Shown here one piece after another: positions 26,190 to 35,362 of a stretch of 53,255 nt of DNA. Every line of letters begins with the position of its first letter. Within the stretch, counting starts at the first letter, position 1. The position numbers and the translations under genes are program-made. Under the pieces are notes generated by a model. It was not told where the DNA came from and made no database searches. It saw only the letters and a program-made list of their open reading frames with translations. Origin of the DNA: a virus (Duplodnaviria > Caudoviricetes); the IMG/VR virus record IMGVR_UViG_3300044454_000099, positions 1-53,255 of that record, one strand, 5' to 3'.

Positions 26190-27446
26190 ATGGGTTGGAA
26201 AACTACAGGCGCGCCCACGGGCACCTATTACTACTTGGGTGGGCACGGCATTTCGGCGAGTGATCTTTACGCTTGCGGCGTCAAGCAAGACAGTTCGCGC
26301 GCGGCCGTGCTCCACTATGACGGCGCGGCGTGGGCGGCGCTCGATCCCGGCGCCGACCTTGACGCCAAGCGGCTTAATGCCTGCTACGCCATCGCGGCCG
26401 ATAACGTCTATTTCGTGGGCGGTAACGTATCGGGCGATCGCGCGGGTGGCGTGATTGTTCACTATGACGGCGAAACCTTTACCGCAATCACGCCCCCGTC
26501 AGCCGATGAACTCTTTGCGGTTTGGGCATTTGCGGCGAATGATATTTGGGTGGGCGGCGCGAACGTGGCGCTTCACCATTGGAACGGCTCGGCATGGTCG
26601 CAAATCGATATGAGCGATTTCAGCGGCGATATACATGCCTTTTGGGGCTCGGCCGCGAATGCACTTTGGATCGGTGCCGATAACGGCGGTTACTTTTGGA
26701 ACGGCTCGGCCATTGATCCCGATATCGCGATTAGCGCCCCCTTCAACGTATTGGCTTTGGCCGGCTCGGCCGCGAATGACGTTTACGCGGTAGGCGTGGG
26801 CGGCACGGCCTCGTTTCTCGCGCATTGGGATGGTGAAACGTGGTCAAATACGCAAACCTTTTTCAATGTGAGTGACGCGCTTTTTGGTTTGTGCGTGCCA
26901 CCCGGCACGGTCTACCCGTGGGCCGTGGGTTCGTTCCCATGGTGGGCCTACTTCAACAATACGTTTAACACCCTCGCCGGCCGGCCCGTTACCGAAGACG
27001 CCGTTTTTGAATCTAGCTGGCTTGGCGGTACGGCGATCTTTGCCTTCGGCGAAAATGACATATGGTGCGTGGGGCCCGAGCAAGTCTACCACCTTGAAAG
27101 CGCCCCCGGCACCGTGGCCGCGCCCGTCGCGCCCGAGGTAATCAACGTGAGCCCCGCGCCGGGCTCGCCGCTCACGGGGCTTCAGCCTTGGCGCGCTGAC
27201 GTTCACCTTGATCCCGGCGATGGCACGATCGTTCGCCTCGTGGTCTTCGTGCAATACCAATCGCTCGCGACGGTCGAAGTTGCATACGATAGCCAGCGCT
27301 TTACGCCTGAGTTCAACGGCCGAAGTACAATCGGCGCCTATGGCGACGGCGGTTATTCGCTTTCGATCATACGCAACGGCGGGTGGCCTGACGCGCCGAA
27401 ATTCTTCGTGCATGCCGTCAGCGATAACGGGGGCGTAAATGCCTAG
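26190..27446 (+). CDS. Beta-propeller-repeat protein with C-terminal Ig-like domain (putative adsorption protein)
   Basis: Repeated ~40-aa units of the form WGSAANDVWAVG...HWDG..W. Confidence 0.6.
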   Translation: MGWKTTGAPTGTYYYLGGHGISASDLYACGVKQDSSRAAVLHYDGAAWAALDPGADLDAKRLNACYAIAADNVYFVGGNVSGDRAGGVIVHYDGETFTAITPPSADELFAVWAFAANDIWVGGANVALHHWNGSAWSQIDMSDFSGDIHAFWGSAANALWIGADNGGYFWNGSAIDPDIAISAPFNVLALAGSAANDVYAVGVGGTASFLAHWDGETWSNTQTFFNVSDALFGLCVPPGTVYPWAVGSFPWWAYFNNTFNTLAGRPVTEDAVFESSWLGGTAIFAFGENDIWCVGPEQVYHLESAPGTVAAPVAPEVINVSPAPGSPLTGLQPWRADVHLDPGDGTIVRLVVFVQYQSLATVEVAYDSQRFTPEFNGRSTIGAYGDGGYSLSIIRNGGWPDAPKFFVHAVSDNGGVNA

Positions 27447-27900
27447 CCCCGTACCGTCTTACGGCTACGATTTCTTCGCGTATGAGCCGGCCGTTTCGTT
27501 TGGCGCTACGCCCACGCTCGCGCCGGGTAAGGCGTTGCCGATTGGGCGCGATCTCAAGCTCGATCCTAAGACGGGCGATCTACTCGTGTCGGGTGGCGAT
27601 CTGCCGCTGGTTTACGACCTTGAGGCAATCGAGCAAGAAGCTTCGATCACGCTTCAATATTTCTTAGGCGAGTATTTCTTAGACGTTTCGGTAGGCATTC
27701 CCTACTACCAAGACATTTTGGTAAAGGCGCCAAACCTCGCGGCCATTAAAACGATCTTTCGCGATGCTCTGCTAGGTGTTACTGGCATCAAGGCGATCGT
27801 TACACTCGATCTCGATTTCAACCGCACAACGCGCGTTCTGACCGTGAGCTATACGGCCTCAACCGATCTCGGCGAGCTTAAAGCCACCGTGGAGCTATAA
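27439..27900 (+). CDS. Baseplate wedge/sheath initiator (DUF2634-like)
   Basis: GDL, FLGEYFLD...GIPY motifs. Confidence 0.75.
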   Translation: MPSPVPSYGYDFFAYEPAVSFGATPTLAPGKALPIGRDLKLDPKTGDLLVSGGDLPLVYDLEAIEQEASITLQYFLGEYFLDVSVGIPYYQDILVKAPNLAAIKTIFRDALLGVTGIKAIVTLDLDFNRTTRVLTVSYTASTDLGELKATVEL

Positions 27901-27902
27901 CC

Positions 27903-29084
27903 ATGTCATTCGGAATTGATGCCAGCGGCTTCACGCCCAAACCGAACGAAGATATCAAAACCGATCTTGAATCGGGCTTTAGGGCCGTGTTCGGCGCCGC
28001 GATTACCACGATCGCTCAAAGCGTTTTCGGCACGCTGATCGCCATCATTGCCGATCGGCTCGCTGATTTGTGGCAACTTGGGCTTGCGCTCTACAACGCC
28101 AGCTTTCGCGAGGGCGCGGTGGGCGTGCAGCTTGATAATATCGGCGCACTGACCGGCACCACACGCAAGGCCGCGACATATACGAAAGTCAACCTTACGT
28201 GCGCCGGCACGAACGGCACTGTTATTACGGCCGGCTCGATCTGTTCTATCCCGAGCGTGGGCACGAAGTTTACCAATGACGCGCCGGGCACTATTTCGGG
28301 CGGCGCCGTGGTTATCGAGTTTCACGCGGTAGACACCGGACCAAAGCAAGCGCTCGCCGGCACCGTGACCGCAATCGACACCCCGATCACGGGTTGGGCG
28401 AGCGTGACGAATGCCGCGGATCATTTTCAGCAAGGCACCGATCGCGAAACCGATGCGGCTTACCGGGTGCGACAAATCCGCGAACTTCGCGCGCAAGGTG
28501 CTGCAACGGGCGCGGCGATTCTGGCCAAGGTTGCGGCCGTAACGAATGTGAGCGACTCGTTTATCTTCGAGAATGTGTCAGACATTACCGATGCGAACGG
28601 ATTGCCGCCTCATAGCTTCGAGGTTGTGGCCGATGGCGGCACCGATCTAGCCGTCGCACAAGCCATCGCCGATACCAAACCGCAAGGCATTGCGACCTAT
28701 GGCACTACAACCCAAGCGGCGGTAGACGCCAACGGGTTCGCGGTAGATATCAACTTCAGCCGGCCCGAAGAACTCGACATTTACATAATCATAAATCAAA
28801 CCGTGGATAGCTCGAAATACCCGAGCAATGGCGACACACTGGTTAAGGCCGCGGTGGCTGAATACGGCGATCTTAATTACCACATCGGTAGCGAGGTTCG
28901 CTCTTCGGCGCTCGTGCCGTCGATCTTCGGCGCAACGGCGGGTGTGCTTGAATGTGCCTTGCCGCTGATTGGCATTGCCCCCTCACCCGTGGCAAGCACG
29001 ACCATCAACGCGAACAATCGTCAAAGGGCCGCGCTCGATACGAGCCGGATTACCGTTAACACGACTTATACGATCCCGGTCTAA
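27903..29084 (+). CDS. Baseplate J-like protein
   Basis: A.GVQLD.IG, G.DRETDAAYR.R, GLPPHS and KPQGIATYG motifs. Confidence 0.9.
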   Translation: MSFGIDASGFTPKPNEDIKTDLESGFRAVFGAAITTIAQSVFGTLIAIIADRLADLWQLGLALYNASFREGAVGVQLDNIGALTGTTRKAATYTKVNLTCAGTNGTVITAGSICSIPSVGTKFTNDAPGTISGGAVVIEFHAVDTGPKQALAGTVTAIDTPITGWASVTNAADHFQQGTDRETDAAYRVRQIRELRAQGAATGAAILAKVAAVTNVSDSFIFENVSDITDANGLPPHSFEVVADGGTDLAVAQAIADTKPQGIATYGTTTQAAVDANGFAVDINFSRPEELDIYIIINQTVDSSKYPSNGDTLVKAAVAEYGDLNYHIGSEVRSSALVPSIFGATAGVLECALPLIGIAPSPVASTTINANNRQRAALDTSRITVNTTYTIPV

Positions 29085-29087
29085 GAC

Positions 29088-29714
29088 ATGGCGCTAGGGC
29101 AAATTCTCGATCATGCAGCGCGCGCACTGGCAAGGTTGCCAGCACAATTTCGCGTGGCCGTTCGCATTCGCGGCCTTCTGACGGCGATATCAAACGAGGT
29201 TCAAGAGCTTGAAAACGGTTTGTGGGGCGCTCGCGCCGTGCGCGATATCGACCTTGCCGAAACCGCCACGCTTGACAACCTCGGTAAGCTTATAGATGCG
29301 CCTGTTAGAGGGCTTAAGACTGATACACAATACCGTGGCCGGATTCGTGCCCAAATCTTAGCGAATAAGAGCAATGGCCAAAACGAGATTATCTACGGTG
29401 TGGCCAAGCAAATCGTTTCGACGTGGAACGTTACCGGCCAGCCACAAGTTTTAGATGATACCTACTCGGGGGCGTATACCGTCAAAGGGTATATCGCGCC
29501 GCTCGAAGATCCGGCCGAAACGGTGCTTTGCAGTGAAGCCGAGGCGCGCGAATTGGCATTGCTTCTTGATGATGTGAGCGCGGCTGGCGTTCGTGGTATC
29601 GTCATTTCACAACCTCAGAGTGCCGAGCTTTCATTTTGCTTTGCCGGGGGCGTGGGGGCGGGCTTTGAAACCGGCGAATTCGTGGGCGCCTATGATGGCG
29701 GTAGGAAAGGGTAG
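29088..29714 (+). CDS. Baseplate wedge protein (DUF2612-like)
   Basis: D.A....LD.LG..., D.QYR..IRA.I..N and AAGV motifs. Confidence 0.75.
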   Translation: MALGQILDHAARALARLPAQFRVAVRIRGLLTAISNEVQELENGLWGARAVRDIDLAETATLDNLGKLIDAPVRGLKTDTQYRGRIRAQILANKSNGQNEIIYGVAKQIVSTWNVTGQPQVLDDTYSGAYTVKGYIAPLEDPAETVLCSEAEARELALLLDDVSAAGVRGIVISQPQSAELSFCFAGGVGAGFETGEFVGAYDGGRKG

Positions 29715-29719
29715 CAACA

Positions 29720-31012
29720 ATGTCTAAGCCTAGTTCAACGCCCCGTTGGGCCGATAACCTCGCCGATCCCGGCGATCTGGTAGAGCCGGCCTCGGGCAAG
29801 AAAGATACCGGTTGGCTGTCGGCCGAAATGCCACCGCATACATATTTTAACTGGTTTATGAATTTGGTTTACCAGTGGTGCGTATGGCTTGACGGGTTGA
29901 CCGATGAGGCTTTGACTTGGACAAAGCTACAGACCATGCAAAAGGGCATCGTGGCTACCCAAGCCACGGCCGATACCGCGGCAATCACGGCCACGGGTAA
30001 CGGCACCGGTAAGGGCGTTGTGGCCACGGGCGGCGCTACGGCGCTCGGCCATGGCGTCTTAGGCACGGGCGGCGCGGGTGGCGGCATTGGCGTTGCCGGG
30101 CAAGGTACGACCGTTTACGCGGGCGTTTACGGTATCGGTGGGCCCACGGCCGGATCTGGCGTGAGCGGCCTCGGCGCGGGCGGTGGCGCGGGTGGCGATT
30201 TCACGGGCCAAGGCGCGGGCGTGGGCGTGCTCGGCACGGGCGGCGGCACGAATGCCGCGGGCGTATCAGGCGTGGGTGGCGCTACGAACGGCAAAGGCGT
30301 TGTAGGCCAAGGCACGGGCACGGGTAACGGCGGTTACTTCACGGCCGGCGCTTCAGGCGCGCGCGGTATTCAATCGTTCGGCACGGGCGCGCACTATGGC
30401 GTTTATGGCGAGGGCGGCGCCACGAATGGTACGGGCGTTTATGGCTTGGGCGGTGGCGCAAATGGCGCGGGTGGCGTTTTCACGGGTAATGGCACGGGCG
30501 CGGGCGTTGTAGGCCAACAGAACCTTGGCGGCACTGGCAACGGCGTTGAAGGCTACGGCGGATCGACGAGCGGCAAAGGTATTTTAGGCATCGGCCTTAC
30601 GGGCGGTGTTCTCGGCCAAGGTGCAACCAATGGCTACGGCGTTCGCGGCGAGGGCTCAGGCACGGGCGCGGGCGTGCTTGGCGTGGGCGATGCCGGCTCG
30701 AATGCCATAGGCGTTTATGGTGAGGGCGGCACCGGTAACGGCGCGGGTGGCGATTTCGTAGCGCATGGCTCAGGCTTTGGCGTTCGCGGTACGGCGGCAA
30801 CTGGCGCGGGCGTTCAGGGTGTTTCGACGGGTGGTTATGGCGTGGTTGCCTCGGGTGACGCGACAACCCCTAACTACTCTTCTTTTCGGATAACGCCGCA
30901 AGATACCCAACCGGTTAACGGGGCTGAAGGCGATATCTACATGAACAGCGTTGATCACAAGCTGTACGTTTATAACGGATCGGCATGGGTGGTTATCGGG
31001 AGCCAAGCGTAA
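29720..31012 (+). CDS. Glycine-rich tail fibre
   Basis: N-terminal anchor KKDTGW...PP..YFNWF; long GxGVxG repeats; C-terminal GDIY.N...LYVYNGSAW. Confidence 0.75.
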   Translation: MSKPSSTPRWADNLADPGDLVEPASGKKDTGWLSAEMPPHTYFNWFMNLVYQWCVWLDGLTDEALTWTKLQTMQKGIVATQATADTAAITATGNGTGKGVVATGGATALGHGVLGTGGAGGGIGVAGQGTTVYAGVYGIGGPTAGSGVSGLGAGGGAGGDFTGQGAGVGVLGTGGGTNAAGVSGVGGATNGKGVVGQGTGTGNGGYFTAGASGARGIQSFGTGAHYGVYGEGGATNGTGVYGLGGGANGAGGVFTGNGTGAGVVGQQNLGGTGNGVEGYGGSTSGKGILGIGLTGGVLGQGATNGYGVRGEGSGTGAGVLGVGDAGSNAIGVYGEGGTGNGAGGDFVAHGSGFGVRGTAATGAGVQGVSTGGYGVVASGDATTPNYSSFRITPQDTQPVNGAEGDIYMNSVDHKLYVYNGSAWVVIGSQA

Positions 31013-31014
31013 TT

Positions 31015-31263
31015 ATGGATCTTTCCGCTATTGCTTCGGGCCTCGCCTCGAACCCCTCGGCATGGCTTCTCACGCTGGCGCTTGCCGCGCTGGTTTACCT
31101 CTACAAGGCGCGTAGCGACGATCAGAAAGTGTTTCTTGATCGCGTGCTCGCGCAAGAGGCCGCACACCGCGAAACGATTATGCGGATCGTGCCGATTGCC
31201 GAGAAGCTTACCGATTCTGTCGAAATTCTAGAGCGCGTAACGAACGCCGCTCTAAAGGAGTAG
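31015..31263 (+). CDS. Putative holin
   Basis: Single transmembrane segment (AWLLTLALAALVYLY) plus coiled coil, directly after the fibre gene. Confidence 0.5.
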   Translation: MDLSAIASGLASNPSAWLLTLALAALVYLYKARSDDQKVFLDRVLAQEAAHRETIMRIVPIAEKLTDSVEILERVTNAALKE

Positions 31264-31267
31264 CGGC

Positions 31268-31459
31268 ATGTTTTCTCGTAAATCAACAAAGCAAAAGCTC
31301 GCCTCACTGTATGCGGCGAGCGATGCCCAACGGGCCGATCTGAACGCACGCCTTGACGCCACGCACACCCGTTTAGAGGCCGCACTTACTAAGTTGAAGG
31401 CGAGCGCATCGAAAGCCGTAGAGCGCATCGAAGCGCGCCGGCTTAAGGCGGTTCGCTAA
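31268..31459 (+). CDS. Small coiled-coil protein
   Basis: AAGGAG SD; lysis-region position. Confidence 0.6.
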   Translation: MFSRKSTKQKLASLYAASDAQRADLNARLDATHTRLEAALTKLKASASKAVERIEARRLKAVR

Positions 31460-31999
31460 ATGTGGATCGATCTTCTTCGACGGTTTTGGAAGCCTCTAGC
31501 CGTAATCGCGGCAATCGCGCTCGCCTTCTTGGGCGGGCGTTTCGCGACCCCTGCTAAGGTGGTTACGAAAACCGAAACCGTCGAAAAGGTCGTGACGGTC
31601 GAAAAGGTCGTGACGGTCGAAAAGGTCGTGACAGTGCATGACGGTGTAAAGGTTGTTTACAGGGATCGGGTGATTACCAAAGACGGCACGATCCATGAGC
31701 ACGAAGAAGAGCACACCGAAGAGCACACCGAAAAGCACGAAGACACGTCTAAGACGGGCGAGAAGCACGAAGACGTTGAACGGGTAGCCAAGACCGAAAA
31801 GACCGTTTCTAGCCCTATGCACGCTCATTTGAGCTTGCTCGTGGGGGCGGATCTCAACCCGGCATGGCAACCAATCCCGAACGCGGGCGCGCTCACGCTC
31901 GGCCTGCATGCCGAATTCAGAGTAGCCGGGCCCGTGTGGGTAGGTGTGTGGGGTTTGCATACCGGCGCCTTCGGCGGTTCGTTGGGCGTGGAATTCTAA
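31460..31999 (+). CDS. Membrane-anchored protein, candidate spanin
   Basis: N-terminal transmembrane segment, repetitive linker, C-terminal amphipathic beta strands ending LGVEF. Confidence 0.5.
   Translation: MWIDLLRRFWKPLAVIAAIALAFLGGRFATPAKVVTKTETVEKVVTVEKVVTVEKVVTVHDGVKVVYRDRVITKDGTIHEHEEEHTEEHTEKHEDTSKTGEKHEDVERVAKTEKTVSSPMHAHLSLLVGADLNPAWQPIPNAGALTLGLHAEFRVAGPVWVGVWGLHTGAFGGSLGVEF
31580..31633 (+). repeat. 18-bp tandem repeat x3 (VEKVVT)
   Basis: GTCGAAAAGGTCGTGAC(G/A) x3. Confidence 0.95.
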
Positions 32000-32024
32000 C
32001 CCCTATCCGATTACGGGTGGTTTA

Positions 32025-33218
32025 GTGAAAACTTGCAAAAAGTGTGGGCAGACTTTACCCGAGGATCGCTTTGCTGTCGTTTCGGCAAGAGGCAAGCTTT
32101 ATCAGCGCAACAATTGTAAAGCTTGCACGAATGGCACAAAGCCGGCGCCCGTGATACCCGATATCGCGCCCACGCCCCCAAGCGCGAACCCTCTTGCCGA
32201 TGCCTATCAGGCGCACGAAACGGCCCGATACGAGCGCAACATAAAGGCCGAGCATAAGGCGCTCGTCGAAGAAAACACCGCGCTTCGCGAGCAATTGGCA
32301 GAAGTGGCGCGCATGAACCGCCCGCCTGAGATCATCGTTTACGATAAGGCGAAAGAAGAGCGAAGCGACGCGATAGCGTGCGCGGTGGCGAGTGATTGGC
32401 ACGTCGAAGAGCCCGTAGAGGCCGCATCGGTTCACAACCTCAACGCCTACAACCTTGAGATCGCAAAGAGCCGCGCCGAGCACTTCTTTAGAAATCTTCT
32501 TCGCCTTACCGATATTGTGGCGCGTGACTCAAAAGTTACGACCATATGGCTAGGCATTCTCGGCGATCTGTTCAGCGGGTGGATTCACGAAGAGCTGATC
32601 GCGGGATCACTGTTAGCGCCCGGCGATGCCGCGCTTTTCGTCAAGGGCCTTTTGTGCTCGGGCATTGATTTTCTGTTGCGCGAATCGTCTTACATCATCG
32701 AAGGCGATTGCTTGCCGGGCAACCACGGCCGCATGACACGTCAAATGCACTTCGGCGACCCCACGGGCACGAGCCTAGAAACCGTCATGTATCATCACGT
32801 AGCCGATCGATACGAGGGCAATCCGCGCGTGCGGCTCAACGTGTCTAGTCAGGCGATGGTTTACCGCCCATTCTTCGAGCGGTTCACGATGCGGCTGATC
32901 CATGGCTACGAAGTGAAATATGGTGGTGGCGTGGGTGGTCTTACGATTCCGCTGAACAAGGCCGTAGCGCAATGGGATATCGCCAAGCGAGCTGATCTGA
33001 CCGTGCTCGGGCATTTTCACCAGTTGATCCAAGGCCCGCGCATTTGCGTTAACGGTTCAATGATCGGTTACAACCTTTTCGCGCAAGCAATCAAAGCGGC
33101 CTATGAAGAAGCACAACAGGCGTTCTTCTTGGTTCATGCGCGCAAAGGCGGGCAACGCTCGCTGACGGCGCCTATCTGGCTTGATAGCGACAAGGTGCCG
33201 GCAATCACGCTTGACTAG
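32025..33218 (+). CDS. Calcineurin-like metallophosphoesterase with N-terminal Zn finger
   Basis: CKKC...CKAC; SDWH, LGD, GNHGR, HG and GHFH motifs. Confidence 0.85.
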   Translation: MKTCKKCGQTLPEDRFAVVSARGKLYQRNNCKACTNGTKPAPVIPDIAPTPPSANPLADAYQAHETARYERNIKAEHKALVEENTALREQLAEVARMNRPPEIIVYDKAKEERSDAIACAVASDWHVEEPVEAASVHNLNAYNLEIAKSRAEHFFRNLLRLTDIVARDSKVTTIWLGILGDLFSGWIHEELIAGSLLAPGDAALFVKGLLCSGIDFLLRESSYIIEGDCLPGNHGRMTRQMHFGDPTGTSLETVMYHHVADRYEGNPRVRLNVSSQAMVYRPFFERFTMRLIHGYEVKYGGGVGGLTIPLNKAVAQWDIAKRADLTVLGHFHQLIQGPRICVNGSMIGYNLFAQAIKAAYEEAQQAFFLVHARKGGQRSLTAPIWLDSDKVPAITLD

Positions 33219-34456
33219 GCGATTTCGGCCTTGCTCTTGCTGGTATTGATGCTCGCGTTTGAACGGCCCGCGTTCACTGTAGCCGAACCCTTACCCGTGT
33301 TCTGAGTGGTGCTAGGGTTGGCCGCGAGTAAGGCATTTTCCTTACCGGTGTTCTGAGTGGTAGAGGGCTTGCCCGTGAGCGCGATACGCGGCGCCACTCG
33401 AAGCGAGCCCCAATCAATCACAACGGCGATCCCGTCAAGGGTGGCCGAGGGCAAAACCCCCACATCGCCAAGATCGATCAGAACTTCGAGCCCGTCAGGG
33501 TAAAGTCGTTGCTCGGTATGCAGATCGGCCGACAATGCCACCGCGGCCGACACGTCAGCAAAAAGTGGCTTGTAGGTCGAAAGGTCGGCCGAAAGGCTGG
33601 CGCTCGCCGAGATATCGGCCGCGCAAAGGATCTCGGTCGTAAGGTCGGCCGACAGTGCCACCGCGCCGGCCGCATCGGCCGCGCATCGAATCGACGTAGA
33701 AAGCTCGGCCGAAAGGCTGGCGCTCGCCGAAAGGGCCGCGGCAAGGCGAATGCCCGTTGAAAGGTCGGCCGACAATGCCGAGGCCGCGGCCACACTCCCT
33801 TGAAGGCGAATAGCCGTGCTCAAGGCGCCCGTAAGGGCGGTGCCGGCCGAGGCCGCGGCGGCAAGGCGTATCGACGTAGAGAGGGCCGCGGCGGGCGTGC
33901 CGGTGCTCGAAATGGCCGCGGTAAGTGGTATGCCGGTAATGAGGGCCGCGGTAAGGGCGGTGCCGGCCGAGGCCGCGGCGGCAAGGCGTATCGACGTAGA
34001 GAGGGCCGCGGTAAGGGCCGTGCTCGCTACAATGTCGGCCGCTATAGCGCTCGCGCCCGGCGCCGTCAAATCCGCCGTAACCGTTGCGTGGCTTGAAACG
34101 GCCGCGGCAAGGGGTATATCGGTAGTAAGCGCGGCCGTAACCGTGGCGTGGCTTGAAACGGCCGCGGCAAGGCGTATCGCCGTGGTTAGACTCGCGCCGA
34201 TGGTTGCGCTTGAGGCGATCGCGGCATTGAAAAAAGCGCGGCTTACGATCGAGGCCGTGAGCGTGGTTGTGGCCGTGATATCGGCAAAAATAGGCGCGCC
34301 GTCAACGCCATCGGTTAGTGCGGCTGAAGGTACGCACGTAATCGTAAATTGGGGCTCAACCGCAAACGCTTTCGGCCATGTCTGACCGTTTAGCGAGCTT
34401 GCGCTAATCAACACATCGAAATGTTGACTGTTGTAGCCTAGGGTTTCGTCAGCCAT
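33215..34456 (-). CDS. Ala/Ser/Thr-rich fibre-like protein with 20-aa repeats
   Basis: Units like LSTSIRLAAAASAGTALTAA; exact 61-nt duplicate at 33831-33891 and 33951-34011. Confidence 0.7.
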   Translation of the reverse strand: MADETLGYNSQHFDVLISASSLNGQTWPKAFAVEPQFTITCVPSAALTDGVDGAPIFADITATTTLTASIVSRAFFNAAIASSATIGASLTTAIRLAAAVSSHATVTAALTTDIPLAAAVSSHATVTADLTAPGASAIAADIVASTALTAALSTSIRLAAAASAGTALTAALITGIPLTAAISSTGTPAAALSTSIRLAAAASAGTALTGALSTAIRLQGSVAAASALSADLSTGIRLAAALSASASLSAELSTSIRCAADAAGAVALSADLTTEILCAADISASASLSADLSTYKPLFADVSAAVALSADLHTEQRLYPDGLEVLIDLGDVGVLPSATLDGIAVVIDWGSLRVAPRIALTGKPSTTQNTGKENALLAANPSTTQNTGKGSATVNAGRSNASINTSKSKAEIA

Positions 34457-34463
34457 GGGGGGT

Positions 34464-34907
34464 TTATTCCTCCCAAACGGCCCAACCGTTTAGCACGCTA
34501 CCCGTAGAGCCCGAATCGTTCCACAAAACGAGAATATCAGCGGCCGTGCCGGCACGCACGAAAAGCCCATTTACGAAAACCCAAACGAACCCCGCGCCGG
34601 CTGAATTCACGAGGCCAAACTTTCTCATTTTTGAGCCCGTGGTTACGGTAGGCGCGGCGCTCCAAGCGGTATCTACAAGCGATGTGCCGGCCGCGCTACC
34701 GAGCGTTTCGGCTTGCCCTACGCTCGTGCTAGTCGAAGCGGCATAGCTACCGTTCGTGTTTCGGTAAAGCGTAACCGGGCTTGTGGTTGCGGCATTGCAT
34801 GCCAACCCGATTTCAAAAAGCCGGCTCGTATTCGTGGGCGCACGAAAGGCCGCGTAAGCCGCGCTCGCGCCCGCCGCCGCCGTTTGAAAACCGATTGAGT
34901 AGCGCAT
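34464..34907 (-). CDS. Beta-rich structural-type protein, paralog B
   Basis: Collinear paralog of 34907-35353. Confidence 0.7.
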   Translation of the reverse strand: MRYSIGFQTAAAGASAAYAAFRAPTNTSRLFEIGLACNAATTSPVTLYRNTNGSYAASTSTSVGQAETLGSAAGTSLVDTAWSAAPTVTTGSKMRKFGLVNSAGAGFVWVFVNGLFVRAGTAADILVLWNDSGSTGSVLNGWAVWEE

Positions 34908-35353
34908 TATTCAGCCCACGTAATATGACCGTTAAGAACCGAACCCGTGCTACCGCCTTCATTCCAAAGAACGATCGTGCTCGTGGCCGTTGCCGCCTTC
35001 ACCCAAAGGCCCTCTTGAAATACCCAAATCATGCCGGCGCCGATTGTGGCCGGTAGGGTAAATCGGCGCATGCGGCTAGCGGCCGTGATTGTCGGGGGCG
35101 TGCTCCACACGGTATCTACAAGCCCCGTGCCCGCGGCTGAACCGGGGTTCTCAGCTTGCCCGGCACTCGTGCTCGTGGTTGCCGTGTAGCCGGCCGCGGT
35201 ATTACGCAAAAGGCTCACATCGCTACGGGTGGCCGCGTTGTTTGCCAGATAGATTTCGAGCACCCGGCAATCATTGGTAGGCGCACGAAAGGCCGCATAG
35301 GCCGCACCCGATGCCGCCGCAACCGAGACAAAGCCGATCGTATAGCGAGCCAT
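34907..35353 (-). CDS. Beta-rich structural-type protein, paralog A
   Basis: Shares AAYAAFRAPTN, GQAE, GSAAGT.LVDT.WS and GSTGSVLNG with paralog B. Confidence 0.7.
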   Translation of the reverse strand: MARYTIGFVSVAAASGAAYAAFRAPTNDCRVLEIYLANNAATRSDVSLLRNTAAGYTATTSTSAGQAENPGSAAGTGLVDTVWSTPPTITAASRMRRFTLPATIGAGMIWVFQEGLWVKAATATSTIVLWNEGGSTGSVLNGHITWAE

Positions 35354-35362
35354 GCCGCCGCC

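Noticed and set aside
31580-34290. Tandem repeats as CRISPR arrays
   Set aside because: They are in-frame coding repeats without unique spacers; the only Cas-related gene is a solo Cas4-like nuclease in the replication module.
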